A DNA stretch of 64,000 nucleotides from an uncultured delta proteobacterium (GCA_963808625.1 CAWEHK010000035.1:1-64000); one strand, 5' to 3'. Shown: positions 31,305 through 43,467, counted from the stretch's first letter. Made by a program: numbers and translations. Notes: generated by a model from the letters alone, not told the origin.

Positions 31305-31736
31305 TCACTTAAACTTAAACCCCCACCGCCTTAACGAGTGGTCGCGGCGACACGCTTCCAATGGGCGCGCGTAGGCACTCACAATCTCTATCACCTCAAG
31401 AGCCTCACGGTTAACCCGCACCCGCAGGCAGGCGCACCCATACCCGTAGTTTACGTTCGTCTTCACCCACTGCCTCGGCTCGAAGTCTGGCCAGTCACCG
31501 TCGGCTTGAGACCCTCCCTGCACCCCGATCACCCACTCGCCGTCGCGGTCGTAAAGCCAGGCGTTGGCAGGTGTCGGATTGCTGAACCATCCGCAACGCA
31601 ACTCGAATTGAGCGGCCGCAGAGTCAGACATCACAGGCCGCGAGCTGACGAAAGCTACGGTGCCTAGCAGCAGGTAAATAGCAACCATCCATCGGGACCA
31701 TACAGGATTCATATTCATCTTCGTCGGCCTCTCCAC
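31305..31736 (-). CDS. Secreted DUF4087-like protein
   Basis: Signal peptide; 'RCGWFSNPTPANAWLYDRDGEW','YGYGCAC'. Confidence 0.7.
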   Translation of the reverse strand: MERPTKMNMNPVWSRWMVAIYLLLGTVAFVSSRPVMSDSAAAQFELRCGWFSNPTPANAWLYDRDGEWVIGVQGGSQADGDWPDFEPRQWVKTNVNYGYGCACLRVRVNREALEVIEIVSAYARPLEACRRDHSLRRWGFKFK

Positions 31737-31887
31737 AGAGTCAGAAGCAAGCGCCTAAGGCCACGTGCCTATCTTCCCGACCACACTTGCAGTGTCATGG
31801 TGTTTGCACAATGATGTCCCGAGCGAACCAATGGTAGCGCTACCGCAAACTCGCAAGCACTCGGCTCTCACTAGTAAGCCGCTACAC

Positions 31888-32655
31888 CTACCATTCGCCC
31901 GCTTGCAGCGCTGTCTGGAACTTGATCGCCTCATCCGCGATCTTTGCAGCCTTGTCGGTACCGTTGATGATCCGCCGCGCTTCTTTGAACTGGGCCTGGC
32001 TGGCCGCGCCGGTAGTCGGCAGATGCCGGGCCAGCGTGTAGCGCTGGCCAGCTCTATCGGCGCAGAACCAGCCCTCCTGCATTCCCTTCACCATAATCTT
32101 GGCGGCAATGTCGGGGGCCATGGCAAGATCGAGGTTGTCGTTCAGGCGTCCGTCAAGCCCCAGTTCGCGATCTGCCCTCTCGTAGTTGGCCTTCCAGGTG
32201 AGCTGAACATAGCCGCGGCCGTAGAAAGGATAATAGCGCAGGTTCGCGCGCCGCCAGCCCTCGCTAAGCCAGTACGCCTCGCGCACCGGCTGCATCGTGC
32301 AGTTGGTCTCGTGGCAGGCGGTCGCCAGCGCGTAGGCGGTGAAAGCGAGGGGCCAGCCCGCCTCCTTGGCCGCGGCGAGCACCGCCTGCAGGCCCGTCAC
32401 CTGATCGGGCTTGAGCGTGCTCCCGAGGACGTTGCACTCGCGCACCGAATCGAAGAAGGCCTTTGGGTTGTCGAGCTCCACGGTGCCAGCCCCTGCGGGC
32501 GCCGCGGGCACCGGTTCGGTCACGGTCGGCGGTGCCGCCACCTCATCCTGCTCTACGCCGAGCTGGTCGAGAAGCGCGTCAATCGCCTTCACTTCTGCGG
32601 TGGTGAAGCCCTTGCCGCGCTGAGCGCGGATGGTGTCGAAAATCGGCTTGCGCAT
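31888..32655 (-). CDS. GH19/lysozyme-superfamily hydrolase (phage endolysin-like)
   Basis: 'AYALATACHET..MQPVRE','YGRGYVQLTWKANY','ARRIING'. Confidence 0.8.
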   Translation of the reverse strand: MRKPIFDTIRAQRGKGFTTAEVKAIDALLDQLGVEQDEVAAPPTVTEPVPAAPAGAGTVELDNPKAFFDSVRECNVLGSTLKPDQVTGLQAVLAAAKEAGWPLAFTAYALATACHETNCTMQPVREAYWLSEGWRRANLRYYPFYGRGYVQLTWKANYERADRELGLDGRLNDNLDLAMAPDIAAKIMVKGMQEGWFCADRAGQRYTLARHLPTTGAASQAQFKEARRIINGTDKAAKIADEAIKFQTALQAGEW

Positions 32656-32835
32656 CTTCTTCTCCTTATCCCAAGCTAAAAAGAATCAGGTAAAAGAAAA
32701 CCAAGGTTCCCCCCAAAGTTTAGACAAAAAATCGACCAAACTAAACTTCTTTCACCTCCCCTCAACAGCCATCATCAACCGACCATGATATGATTCTTTT
32801 ACCCACCCGGAGGATCGGGCTCTGTTGGAGAAGCA

Positions 32836-32916
32836 ACCTGAGCGCCCAGCTTCACCTGTCGGCGGAAGGGGGCGATGCCCGCTACAGCCGGTCAGGTGCA
32901 TCCGAATATTCAAGCA
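32836..32916 (-). other. Degenerate attC-like integron recombination site
   Basis: Minus strand: cttgaatattcggatgcacctgaccggct...gccgacaggtgaagctgggcgctcagg; imperfect palindrome, but R-box cores AAC/GTT are mutated. Confidence 0.4.
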
Positions 32917-33024
32917 AGAGAGCGTTTGCAGCTGCTTGTAGAAACATAACCTTGCTCCAATTTCATCAGGCTTGAGGACAAGTGCCTAGTACTACAACGA
33001 TACTTTGGTGAAGGTCCAAGCTGT

Positions 33025-33091
33025 GTGGGGCAGGTTTTCCGGCCTGCCATGCTGAACTGCCAGAAGGCGGGCTAGAAAGCCTGCCCCACAG
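33025..33091. repeat. REP doublet (GTGGGGCAGGCTTTCCAGCCTGC family)
   Basis: gtggggcaggttttccggcctgcc...gctagaaagcctgccccac; relatives at 41628 and 46752. Confidence 0.75.
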
Positions 33092-33127
33092 AATGAAGGA
33101 CCGTCTGCAGAAACCTCGTTGTCAGTA

Positions 33128-35427
33128 CTAACTACACCGCGAAAACCCGCACGAGCGGCACACGATGCATCCGCCTTCGTGTTCTACGGCGCCGCCGCAG
33201 TCGGGGCAGGCGCCCATCAGGCTTTGAACGGGGGTGATGTTGGCCTGCGCGTGATGGTTGAGGACGGTGGCGATGGCGTCCGAGCACGAGACGATCTGTT
33301 CGCCGTTCTGCCACATGGGCGAGGGGCAGCGGATGCCCATGAGCTGCTTGATGATGGCCTCGATTTTGACGCCGGAACGCAGCGCCAGGGAAATCAGGCG
33401 CCCGGTGGCTTCGATCTGCGAGTAGGCGCAGCCGCCGGCCTTTCCCATCGAGGCAAAGACTTCACAAAAACCGTGCTCATCCCAGTTGACGGTCACGTAA
33501 AGCTTTCCGCAGCCGGTGTTGATTCGTTCCGTAATGCCGCTGGTCATATCCGGACGGGGGCGTGGTTCCACCTGCGGGTACTGAGGCTTGCGCTGGATAT
33601 TCAGCACCTGGGCGTCGCGGCTGCCGTCCCGGTAGATCGTCAAGCCCTTGCAGCCCAGGTCATAGGCCATGAGGTAGGCGTTGCGCACATCCTCGGGAGT
33701 CGCGCTGAACGGGAAGTTGATGGTCTTGCTTACGGCATTGTCGGTGTACTTCTGAAAAGCCGCCTGGATGCGGATATGCCATTCCGGGCTGACATCATGG
33801 GATACCACGAAAGTCCGGCGCACCTTCTCCGGGATTTCGCGGAAATCCTGGATGGTCCCTTTCTCGGCAATCCGTTTCATGAGCGTCTTCGGAATGGAAG
33901 CCCTCCGCCTTGGCCACTTCCTGGAATAAGGGATGGACCTCGAGCAGTTCCTGGTTATCCAATACCTTACGGACGTAGCTGATGGCAAAGAGCGGCTCGA
34001 TCCCGCTGGAACAGCCCGCGATGATGCTGATGGTCCCCGTCGGGGCGATGGTGGTGGTGGTAGCGTTCCGCATGATAGGGTGTATCGGGACGATCGTAAA
34101 GCGAGCCCTGATAGTTGGGAAAGTTGCCTCGCGCCTTGCCCAGATAAGCGGAGGCCGCCTTGGATTCCTCCTGGATAAAGGCCATAACGGTTTCCGCCGT
34201 CTGCACCGCTTCCTCGGAATCGTAAGGGATCCCGAGGGCGATCAGCAGATCGGCGAAGCCCATAACGCCGAGCCCGATCTTGCGGTTTGCCCGGGTCAGT
34301 TCCTCGATCTTCGGGAGCGGGTATTTGTTGACCTCGATGACATTATCGAGGAAATGGACGCCGTCCCACACGACTTCCTTCAAATGGTCGTAATCGAGGT
34401 TGCCGGCTTTGACCATGTGGGCGAGATTGATCGAGCCGAGATTGCAGGATTCATAAGGCAGCAGAGGCTGTTCGCCGCAGGGGTTGGTGCTCTCGATCTG
34501 CCCCACGGCCGGAGTGGGATTGAAGCGGTTCATCACATCCAGGAAAATGAGCCCAGGCTCGCCGTTTTTCCACGCGCACTGCACAATCTGATCGAAAACG
34601 CTTCGCGCGGGCAGGCTCTTGAAGCGCTCCCCCGTGCGCGGATTGATCAAATCGTATTCGGTATCTTCCTTGACCGCATTCATGAAGGCATCGGTGGCGG
34701 CCACGGAGATATTGAAATTGGTCATGCGGTCATTGTCGGTCTTGCAGGTGATGAATCTTTCGATATCCGGATGATCCACCTTGAGGATACCCATGTTGGC
34801 GCCGCGGCGGGTGCCGCCCTGCTTCACGGTTTCCGTAGCGACATCGAAGACCGTCATGAAGGACACCGGACCGCTGGCCACGCCCTGGGTGGTCAGGACC
34901 TGGTCGTTTTCCGGCCTGATCCGGGAGAAGGAAAAACCCGTGCCGCCCCCGCTCTTGTGGATCATCGCCGCGTGCTTGATGGCATCGAAAATGCTGTCGA
35001 TGGAATCCTCGACGGGCAGCACAAAACACGCCGAAAGCTGGCCCAGGGGGCGCCCCGCATTCATCAGGGTCGGCGAGTTGGGAACGAAGTCGAGGGAGGC
35101 CATCAGCCGATGGAATTTTCGCGCCGTTTCCTCGACCTTTGCTGGTCCTTCATAGGCAGCGTCGCCTTCGGCAATGGCCCGCGCCACCCGCCAGAACAGC
35201 TCTTCCGGGGTCTCGATGAGCTCGTTGTTCTCGTCCTTCCTGAGATAGCGCTTCTTGAGCACCACCAGCGCGTTGTCCGACAAGCCCAGCGGCGGTCCTT
35301 TTTGTCCTCGCGTCTTGCGTTTCCCTTCGGATGTCATAACTCGCTCTTGTTGTGGCAGGACTTGGGTGTCACCCATGTATTCATATTCCGTCATCTTAAA
35401 TTTTATCCTTTTTCGAGACCAATACAA
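33128..35427 (-). CDS. nrdJ: Class II (B12-dependent) ribonucleotide reductase with C-terminal TSCPD/Zn-ribbon region; frameshifts near 34080 and 33900; true start probably ~35337-35394
   Basis: '[10 protein letters not shown]','QLSACFV','RRGANMG','TNPCGEQPL','CNLGSINL','TIAPTGTIS','DNAVSKTIN','CPDCG'. Confidence 0.92.
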
Positions 35428-35731
35428 TTGTCCGATGAGTGAAAAGTGCCGGCGGTCATCGAAGATATCCCAATCGCTTCTGGCTGCCGATTCCGAGGCT
35501 TCAGCCGGTCCTCATGACCATCCTCAAAATTGTCCTCATCATAGGGAAAAAGAAACCGGTGTCAAAAGATAAAATGTCTTGGAAAAATGAGGTCTTTCAA
35601 CCAAGTGACAAGATATTAAAACCAAAATAACCGACTTCAGAGAGATGCCTGACGGACTTCCTTGGCCTATCGATGGCGCCGCTTTAAGTTTATACTCGGC
35701 GCGGAAGATGGCATTTGAGCAGGTTCGGAAT

Positions 35732-35795
35732 CGTCATACCGGCGAAAGCCGGTATCCAGGCAATCCTTCTGGATTCCGGTTTTCACCCGAATGAC
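35732..35795. repeat. REP-like palindrome (reverse-complement copy at 43885-43949)
   Basis: cgtcataccggcgaaagccggtatccagg...ctggattccggttttcacccgaatgac. Confidence 0.75.
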
Positions 35796-35866
35796 ACTGT
35801 CAGCGAATATGGTTTCTTAATTCTGCCGTGCTGTGCGAAACTGACAGGGAGTGAAAACGATCCGGG

Positions 35867-38357
35867 ATGAAACCATTTACGATCATGACTATCGTCCTTA
35901 CGGTGTGGCTGATCGCCTGCCCCTGTGCGGGGCAGGAGAAGGCGGACACGCAAACTACAGTCCCGCAATTGCTCCCCAAGGTGTTCACCAAAGACGAAAG
36001 CGCCGCCCCGGGCAAAGACGCCAAGACCCCAACTTCCAGCGCTTCCTGGGCTTGCGGAAGTTGTCCCCCGTGCGGCCGATTTGGGGCAGAAGGCGATCAA
36101 GGCCGAAGAAGCCATTGCCGCGACCAGAGACATTTCAGCCTTGGAGCGGCGGATCGGCGACACGGAAAGCCACGTCACACAGCTAACCAAAAAGATCGCC
36201 GGCCTGGGTGATCCTGCAAACTGGAATATTTACCGGCTGCTCGACGCCCAGCACATGATTGACGGCGAAAAAAACAAGCTTGGTGCCCTTGTTGATGCCA
36301 TCTCGTTAAGGCTTTCGGAGCTCGAAACCATCCGCATGGCCTGGGAGGAAGAAGCCACCTTTTGGAAGAAGTGGGAAGAATCCCTCAGTGAGGTACAAAC
36401 CGAGATTCCTCCCGGGACCTTTAAGAAGGCGACGGAAACAGCCCACGCCGTCCTCCAGTCGGTTGCCAACGCCTCCGGCCCCCTCCTGGCTCTCCAGCAA
36501 AAGCTCACGAAACAGCTCGACGAAGCTCGCCAACTGAGCACTCCGATCGAATCGGCGTTGAAAAAATTGCGCAGTGAGAGATTCGAAAAGAATGCTCCCT
36601 CTTTCGTTACCAGGGAGTTCTTTGAGCAGTTCGACAGGAGGCTTTGGGACGCGGTGAAGGGCGGCATAATCGACGGTTGGAAGTTGGATAGCGAATACCT
36701 TCCTCTCTTCACCTGGATGATCTCTCTGCAAGTCCTTTGCACCATAATCCTCGTTTACCTTATTCGGAGACGTCGGCATTTACCCGAGAAAACCGGGGAA
36801 TGGCACTTCGTCAGGAAACATCCCTGGGCTTTTGCGATTTTTGTAACCCAGGCGGTGACCGCGCTCTTCTACCAGGTGCCGGCCCCCTCCTGGTTGTTCC
36901 TGACCTTTGCCCTGGTGATCTTGTCAGCCTCGTTTCTGATTTCCGACCTGCTTCCTCATCCGCGGATACGCCGGGTGGTTGTTCGTCCTGGCAGGGGTTC
37001 AGATTATCTCGGCGGTGTTGAAGCTGATTTCGCTTCCGGTGCCCCTCTTCAGTGTTTATCTGGCGCTGATTCTGGTGGTGATAATCTGGTTCTTCCTCAA
37101 CCAGGCCAGGCGTCAGGTAGCCGAGCGGGAAGGCAGGATGGACCTGCTTGCTGCGGGATTGCGCGGGGGAGCGCTGGTCGGATCTGCCGCCCTGTTTGCC
37201 CTGCTGGCCGGCTATACGCAACCTGGCAGACTATCTGATGCGTTCTTCCATCGGGACCATTTTCCTGATCATCGTTGCAGGCTTGCTTTTCCACCTCGGA
37301 AATGGATGTGTCGAAGTTCTGTTGAGCCAACCGGCTGTTGCCCGCCTGGGGTTTATTATCCGGTTCGGAGCGGCCCTCGAATCCCGCCTGAAGAATTTGC
37401 TTAAAGCCATCCTCTGGATCGGGGTTTTTTTGGCCCTGTTTCAACTGTGGGGCGTCTACACGTCTTTCGGTCAGGCGTGGGAAAAGATCATCGATTTCAA
37501 GTTTGCCCTTGGTGAGCTGAATCTCAGCCTTGGCCGGATTCTGCTGGCGGCGCTATTCTTCTATCTCATCGTTTCCGGTTCCTGGTTTATCCGCGCCTTT
37601 CTGGACGGCGAGGTGTTTCCGCGCCAGCAACTCGATCGCGGCGCCCGGGATGCGATCAAGAAGTTGATCCACTACTCTCTCCTGTTTTTTGGGATCATGG
37701 TTGCGATTGGCGTCATCGGCCTCAACCTGACCAGTTTCGCTTTTCTGACCGGCGCCATCGGTCATTGGCGTGGGTTTTGGCATGCAGAATATCGTGAATA
37801 ACTTTGTCAGCGGTCTGATGCTGCTTTTTGAACGGCCATTCAAGATCGGCGATATGGTCGTCGTGGACAATGAGACCGGCACGGTGAGAAAGATTGGGCT
37901 GCGCTCGACCATCATCGAAACCTTCGACCGCTCGGAATTGATTGTCCCCAATTCCCAGTTTATTTCCGGAAAAGTGACAAACTGGACCCGCACCAGCCAT
38001 ATTGCCAGGATTAGAATTCCGGTTGGGGTCGCCTATGGCAGTGATGTCGAGCTGGTTTTGCGGCTGCTCAGGGAAGCTGGTGAAACCGACCCGCGGGTTC
38101 TGTCCAACCCTGCGCCCAATCCCCTCTTTCTTCGCTTCGGGGACAGCTCCCTGGATCTCGAACTGCACGTCTGGATTGCCGATGTGGGAGATCTGCTGGC
38201 CGTCAGGAGCCATCTCTGTCAGGAAATCGCCCGCCGCTTTCAGGAAGCCGGCATCGAAATTCCCTGTCCTCAGCGCGACCTGCATTTGCGCTCCATTGAT
38301 GAAGGCGTGCTCGAACGGGCGCTCGGGTTGCGGAAGAAAGATGTGCCCGCGGAGTAA
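35867..38357 (+). CDS. MscS-family mechanosensitive channel with long periplasmic N-terminus (several frameshifts)
   Basis: 'GFGMQNIVNNFVSGLMLLFERPFKIGD','IGLRST','IVPNS','VGVAYGSD'. Confidence 0.85.
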
Positions 38358-38505
38358 GGGAGAGAGTTTCAGCGTCTTTATAACTGTGGAAGATATAACA
38401 TGGTGGCATTCAAAGCCTTTCAAAAAGGATGGTTGAGTGCTAATATAGAAAAACAAAATACGAAGCGCCAACCGGCATTCTAACTTTAGGGCAAAGGAAG
38501 AGCTC

Positions 38506-38898
38506 ATGGACGCAAAATCGAAGAATGTGGCAAAGAAATGGGTGGAACAGGCGATCGCCTTCTACAAGGTTTCCGGCAAGCGGATCGCGCTTGCTGCTTT
38601 TACGGATGTTTCCGGCATGTTTGTTAAGGATGCGATGTACATTTATGTATTGAGTCCCAATGGCACCATGCTTGCGCACGGAGTGAACGAGAAGTTTGTG
38701 GGAGAGGAGTTCATTGACCTCAAGGATATCGACGGCAAGCCTTTCATCAAAGAGATCGTCGACACCGCCAACACGAAAGACAGCGGGTGGGTGGAATACA
38801 AATGGTACAATCCTGCAACGAGAGAGTGGCGCCCCAAAATCACGTATTTTGAGAAGGTTGATAATTTGATCATTTGCAGTGGGGTCTACGGCGGATAA
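38506..38898 (+). CDS. Stand-alone single Cache domain protein
   Basis: 'YIYVL','LKDIDGKPFIKE','GWVEYKWYNP','CSGVY'. Confidence 0.8.
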   Translation: MDAKSKNVAKKWVEQAIAFYKVSGKRIALAAFTDVSGMFVKDAMYIYVLSPNGTMLAHGVNEKFVGEEFIDLKDIDGKPFIKEIVDTANTKDSGWVEYKWYNPATREWRPKITYFEKVDNLIICSGVYGG

Positions 38899-38971
38899 GT
38901 CTAAGGTCGGAGGCATCGTTCTCGCGAGGAAGAAATTGGCTTGAACAGCGCGTCCAAAAAGGGCTTCCGGT

Positions 38972-39051
38972 CGTCACCCCCGCATGCTTCTGGCGGGGGT
39001 CCAGGGAACAAGCAGTGCCTGGATTCCCGCCAGGAGCATGCGGGAATGACG
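38972..39051. repeat. REP-like palindrome (GTCATTCCCGC family)
   Basis: cgtcacccccgcatgcttctggcgggggtccagg...cctggattcccgccaggagcatgcgggaatgacg. Confidence 0.8.
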
Positions 39052-39188
39052 ATTTTGGGCTCTTGATGGACGGGCAATCATATGACGATTTGGGCCCCAT
39101 GCGACACGGCAACACATCACAAAGCCACTTTTTGAAAGTCTTTAGGCACCCCCCAAGGGGATTGATTCAAGGAGAAGGAGAAGAGTGC

Positions 39189-39344
39189 ATGAACATATAC
39201 AAAACCGATATCAGACCTTCCAAGTTTGATCCGAAAGTACTGATCGCGAGATGTCCAAAATGTCAAAATGTTCTGGTCATGAATGAAGAGCATGTGATTT
39301 GTAACAAGTGCGGGGAAGAGCTGTTTGTTGTCGATGAAGATTGA
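39189..39344 (+). CDS. Small zinc-ribbon protein (51 aa)
   Basis: GA-rich RBS; CPKC...CNKC. Confidence 0.55.
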   Translation: MNIYKTDIRPSKFDPKVLIARCPKCQNVLVMNEEHVICNKCGEELFVVDED

Positions 39345-39450
39345 AGGCGTGAACATAAAGGGCGGGTTGGAAAACCCGCCCTCCGTTTATGGCTTTGGCG
39401 TTGATCAAGATTGAAGACGGGAACATAGAGAAGTTTTTGTAAGGCAAACG

Positions 39451-40122
<672 letters not shown>

Positions 40123-40125
40123 TCC

Positions 40126-41730
40126 TTGCGCCTGCGCTCGATCCGCGCACGCCTCACCTTCTGGTACACCAGCCTCCTGACGGTCACCCTGCTGCTGCTG
40201 GGAGGATCGGCATACGGGCTTCTGTCCTACAGCCTCTCCCATGAGGTCGATGCCGCCTTGAACGGCGTTGCCACGACGCTGGCCGAGCGGTCTCATGGCG
40301 ACCCCGTCAGCATCCCTCCGGCCGAAATTGAGGAGATGTTCCGGCGGTTTTTCGGTTTTTCTCCGTGGGACCGCTATTATCAAATGTTCGATCCGTTCGG
40401 TGACCGCGATCCGCGAGAACCCAAATCCCCCCAGCAACGCCCGCCCCTCAGCAAGGAGGCCCTCAATAACGCCTCGCAGGGAATTCCTACCTTCGAGACC
40501 GTGGACGGCCTTGGAGTTTATCCCGTGAGGCTCCTGACCATGCCGGTGATGGACGGCCGCCGCGTGATCAACCTGCTTCAGGTGGGGATGTCGCTGCAGA
40601 GTGTCTCCGAGACGCGCGTGCGCTTCCTCTTGATCATGGGGGGGTTGCTCCCCGTTGGTCTACTGCTTGCCGGGGTCGGCGGGTGGCTCCTGGCTCGCCG
40701 CGCCCTGGAACCGGTTGCCCGGATGACCGAAGCGGCCCAGCGGATCAGTGCCGAACATCTTGAAGAGCGGGTCGAGGAAACCGGGGCGGGCGATGAACTG
40801 GACCAGCTCGCGAAAACCTTGAATCAGATGCTCAGCCGGTTGGATGCCGCTTTCAGCCAGATCCGCCAGTTCAGCGCCAGCGCTTCCCATGAACTCCAGA
40901 CGCCCCTCACGGTCCTCAAAGGGGAACTCGAGGTTGCGCTCCGCTCGCCGCGTTCGCCGCAGGAATACCGGGCCGCGTTGGCGAGTTCCCTCGAGGAGGT
41001 CGATCGCATCGCTCAGTTGGTCGAGGGGCTCCTGCTCCTGTCCCGAGCCGAGGCCGGCGTGTTGAGAATGGACCAACAGCCCGTGGACCTGGCCCAGCTT
41101 CTGGAAGAGGTGCAATCGCGCCTGAAAGTCCTCGCTCACAGCCGTTCGGTCGCACTCTGTCTCGGACCCCTGGAACCGATCGCCATCGTGGGTGACCGCG
41201 AGCGTCTCAGGCGGCTCCTGCTGAACCTCACCGACAATGCGATCAAGTACAGCGCGCCGGGCGGCTCGGTTGCGCTCTCCCTGCACGGTGATGACAAATG
41301 GGCATCCGTTCTGGTTGCCGATACCGGGATCGGCATCTCGGGCGAAGAACAGGAGAAGATTTTTCAGCCTTTCTATCGGACCGAGGAAGCCCGGTCCCAG
41401 GCTGAGAATGGCACGGGGCTCGGCCTCTGCATCGCGCGCTCGATTGCCGTCGCCCATGGCGGCGCCATCGAGGTCGAGAGCACTCCCGGAGAGGGCAGCA
41501 CCTTCCGCGTGCTGCTTCCCGTCCCCGTTGAGCAGTCAATGAATCCCGCCGACAGCCCCGAACTGCCACGAAGTTCCCAAGGAAAATACGTAATACCGAG
41601 GTCGCTTTCATTCGACAACCTTCGCATGTGGGGCGGACTTTCCAGTCCGCCGACAGGCTGGAAAGCCTGTCCCACAGAATGTTTCTCGATCATTGCCGAT
41701 GGTTCGCAACGGAGTATTAGAGATTTCTAA
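40126..41730 (+). CDS. HAMP sensor histidine kinase (heavy-metal type)
   Basis: Two TMs, 'ASHELQTPL','NLTDNAIKY','GTGLGL'; tail runs into a REP. Confidence 0.92.
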   Translation: MRLRSIRARLTFWYTSLLTVTLLLLGGSAYGLLSYSLSHEVDAALNGVATTLAERSHGDPVSIPPAEIEEMFRRFFGFSPWDRYYQMFDPFGDRDPREPKSPQQRPPLSKEALNNASQGIPTFETVDGLGVYPVRLLTMPVMDGRRVINLLQVGMSLQSVSETRVRFLLIMGGLLPVGLLLAGVGGWLLARRALEPVARMTEAAQRISAEHLEERVEETGAGDELDQLAKTLNQMLSRLDAAFSQIRQFSASASHELQTPLTVLKGELEVALRSPRSPQEYRAALASSLEEVDRIAQLVEGLLLLSRAEAGVLRMDQQPVDLAQLLEEVQSRLKVLAHSRSVALCLGPLEPIAIVGDRERLRRLLLNLTDNAIKYSAPGGSVALSLHGDDKWASVLVADTGIGISGEEQEKIFQPFYRTEEARSQAENGTGLGLCIARSIAVAHGGAIEVESTPGEGSTFRVLLPVPVEQSMNPADSPELPRSSQGKYVIPRSLSFDNLRMWGGLSSPPTGWKACPTECFSIIADGSQRSIRDF

Positions 41731-42007
41731 TCCCCTTTTTAATCTTCTCTTAACGTTCCCCCTCTCGCCTTTTGAGGCAAGCAGCCGGCAGGTGCTTCGA
41801 CCCGGCGGAAGCGGAGCGGAGCGTCTCGAAAAAGAAGGAGGAACAAAGATGCCAAGGGAATTTGGACACTGGTGCATTTGGGCGGAAATCGTTAGCCAGT
41901 TCCGGTGGGCACGGTGAAGCGGTGCCCACTTTAAAGTGTTCCCGGTTCCGTAGGGTGGCAGATTTTTTTGTCCACCGGAAACATGCACGAACTTATTCAC
42001 GTGTGTA

Positions 42008-42898
42008 CTAAAAGTCATAATCGAGCGTCACCGCGACGCGGTTGCGCAGTTCTTTTCTCACCGCAAGGTTCCATTTCTTTGCCGCATTGGCCGACCCATA
42101 GATATTTCCCAGGTAAAAGGGCAGGCCAATGCCGCCGACGATGCCCGCTACGGCATAGTTCTCATGGTACACCGCGGTTACCGTACCGGCGATTGCCAGG
42201 GCATTGATGAGAAAGGCAGTAATGCCGTCCCCGTAATGTTCGGCGTAAATGTACCCGCTGCCGGGCAGGACTGCGGACATGATGCCGGCCAGCGCTTCCG
42301 ACTTTCGGGGAAGCTGCTGGTAGTGATCGAGCAGCCCAATGGCTTCTTTTGCCTTTTTCGAACCGGGATAATCGGGGTAGGTTTCACCAAGTTTTTCGAG
42401 TCCCTGCCGGCTGGCACTCACCTTTTCCTGGTCCAGCGCCAGCATCGCGTTGGCAACCAGGGCCAGCGGCGCATACTCAGAGTCCGGGTAGGAAGCGGCG
42501 AGCGTCCCCAGGGCGGTCCCCGCATCCTGGTATTGCTTCAGTTTCCAGTAAGCGAGTCCCTCATAATACTGCGCCTGCGGGGCATAGCGGCTCTCCGGAT
42601 ATTTTTCCCTCAGGGCTGCAAGGGTCCGGGTGGATGGCTCATATTCTTCACCGCGATAATAGGCCGTGCCCATTCTGAAGAGGACGTAATCCCCCTGGTC
42701 GGATTCCGGAAAGATGATCAGGAACTTCTTGTATTCGGTGATTGCCCGATAGGTCTCCCCTTCCTCCAGGAAGGCATCGGCGATCTTCAACTGCATGGCT
42801 TCCGTCACCATGACCCCCGTTTCCGCAGCGTCGGACCGGTTCATGAGGGGTATAAAGGTAAAAAACAGGAGCAGCAGCAGTCTCAGTGAAGGTCTCAT
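42008..42898 (-). CDS. TPR protein (BamD/YfiO-like) with C-terminal membrane segment
   Basis: Signal peptide MRPSLRLL; repeated 'YPESRYAPQA' TPR motifs; 'SAVLPGSGYIY'. Confidence 0.7.
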   Translation of the reverse strand: MRPSLRLLLLLFFTFIPLMNRSDAAETGVMVTEAMQLKIADAFLEEGETYRAITEYKKFLIIFPESDQGDYVLFRMGTAYYRGEEYEPSTRTLAALREKYPESRYAPQAQYYEGLAYWKLKQYQDAGTALGTLAASYPDSEYAPLALVANAMLALDQEKVSASRQGLEKLGETYPDYPGSKKAKEAIGLLDHYQQLPRKSEALAGIMSAVLPGSGYIYAEHYGDGITAFLINALAIAGTVTAVYHENYAVAGIVGGIGLPFYLGNIYGSANAAKKWNLAVRKELRNRVAVTLDYDF

Positions 42899-43314
42899 GG
42901 CTCGGACAGGAGGTTTCGTGAAAGAGGATCGAAGAGTCTCCCGTTGGGAAGGAGGGTATAGTCGGGTCCGGGTTTCTTCCAAATATGACAGCGCATCAAG
43001 CGATCTCCCGTCATCATCAGGCCCACTATCGGACCCTGCTCCTGGATGGCCGCATAGCCGTATCGCGAACAGGTGGGGCGGAAGCCGCAGCGTTCTCCCC
43101 CGACGGGAGAGATCCACTTCTGATAGAACTTGATTGCCTGAAGGAAGGCAATCCTGACGCACGAGGTCTCGTCTTGCAGCGCCGGCGCCGGCTGCTGCAA
43201 CCTTGCAGGGGGCCCTTTCATCTCCACTTCGGAAGCCCGGACACACATGGCGGGGCCCAGCGTGCACCACGCTGCAAAAACGCATAAAGCAAAGCGGATG
43301 GTCTTTTTCCGCAT
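42895..43314 (-). CDS. YidD-like (membrane protein insertion efficiency factor) protein with N-terminal signal
   Basis: 'FYQKWISP..GERCGFRPTCSRY...DRLMRCH'. Confidence 0.75.
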   Translation of the reverse strand: MRKKTIRFALCVFAAWCTLGPAMCVRASEVEMKGPPARLQQPAPALQDETSCVRIAFLQAIKFYQKWISPVGGERCGFRPTCSRYGYAAIQEQGPIVGLMMTGDRLMRCHIWKKPGPDYTLLPNGRLFDPLSRNLLSEP

Positions 43315-43467
43315 CCCTAACCCCGAAGTACACGAAACACCCGGAAGACCAGAATTGATTTCTTCATGTTTTCCGCGTCTTCCGTGTGTTCCGTGGTTTG
43401 AAAAAGGCCCAGCAGGAGCGCATGTTCATGTTGTCTCTGGAGAGCTCCGCGATCTGCCGCTTCCGGA

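Noticed and set aside
31888..32655. Prophage around the endolysin-like gene
   Set aside because: No holin, structural, terminase or integrase genes adjacent.
33890..34090. Programmed frameshift, intron or split nrdJ
   Set aside because: No inserted sequence or slippery/structure signal; same pattern as the window-wide indel noise.
33982..35442. Long plus-strand ORF (486 aa) and similar antisense ORFs at 20487, 25105 and 39457
   Set aside because: Shadow frames of well-supported genes on the opposite strand in GC-rich DNA; no motifs.
35572..35618. Tandem NrdR boxes upstream of nrdJ (aaatgtcttg; caagatatta)
   Set aside because: Only partial matches with 37-bp spacing; cannot be supported without a matrix scan.
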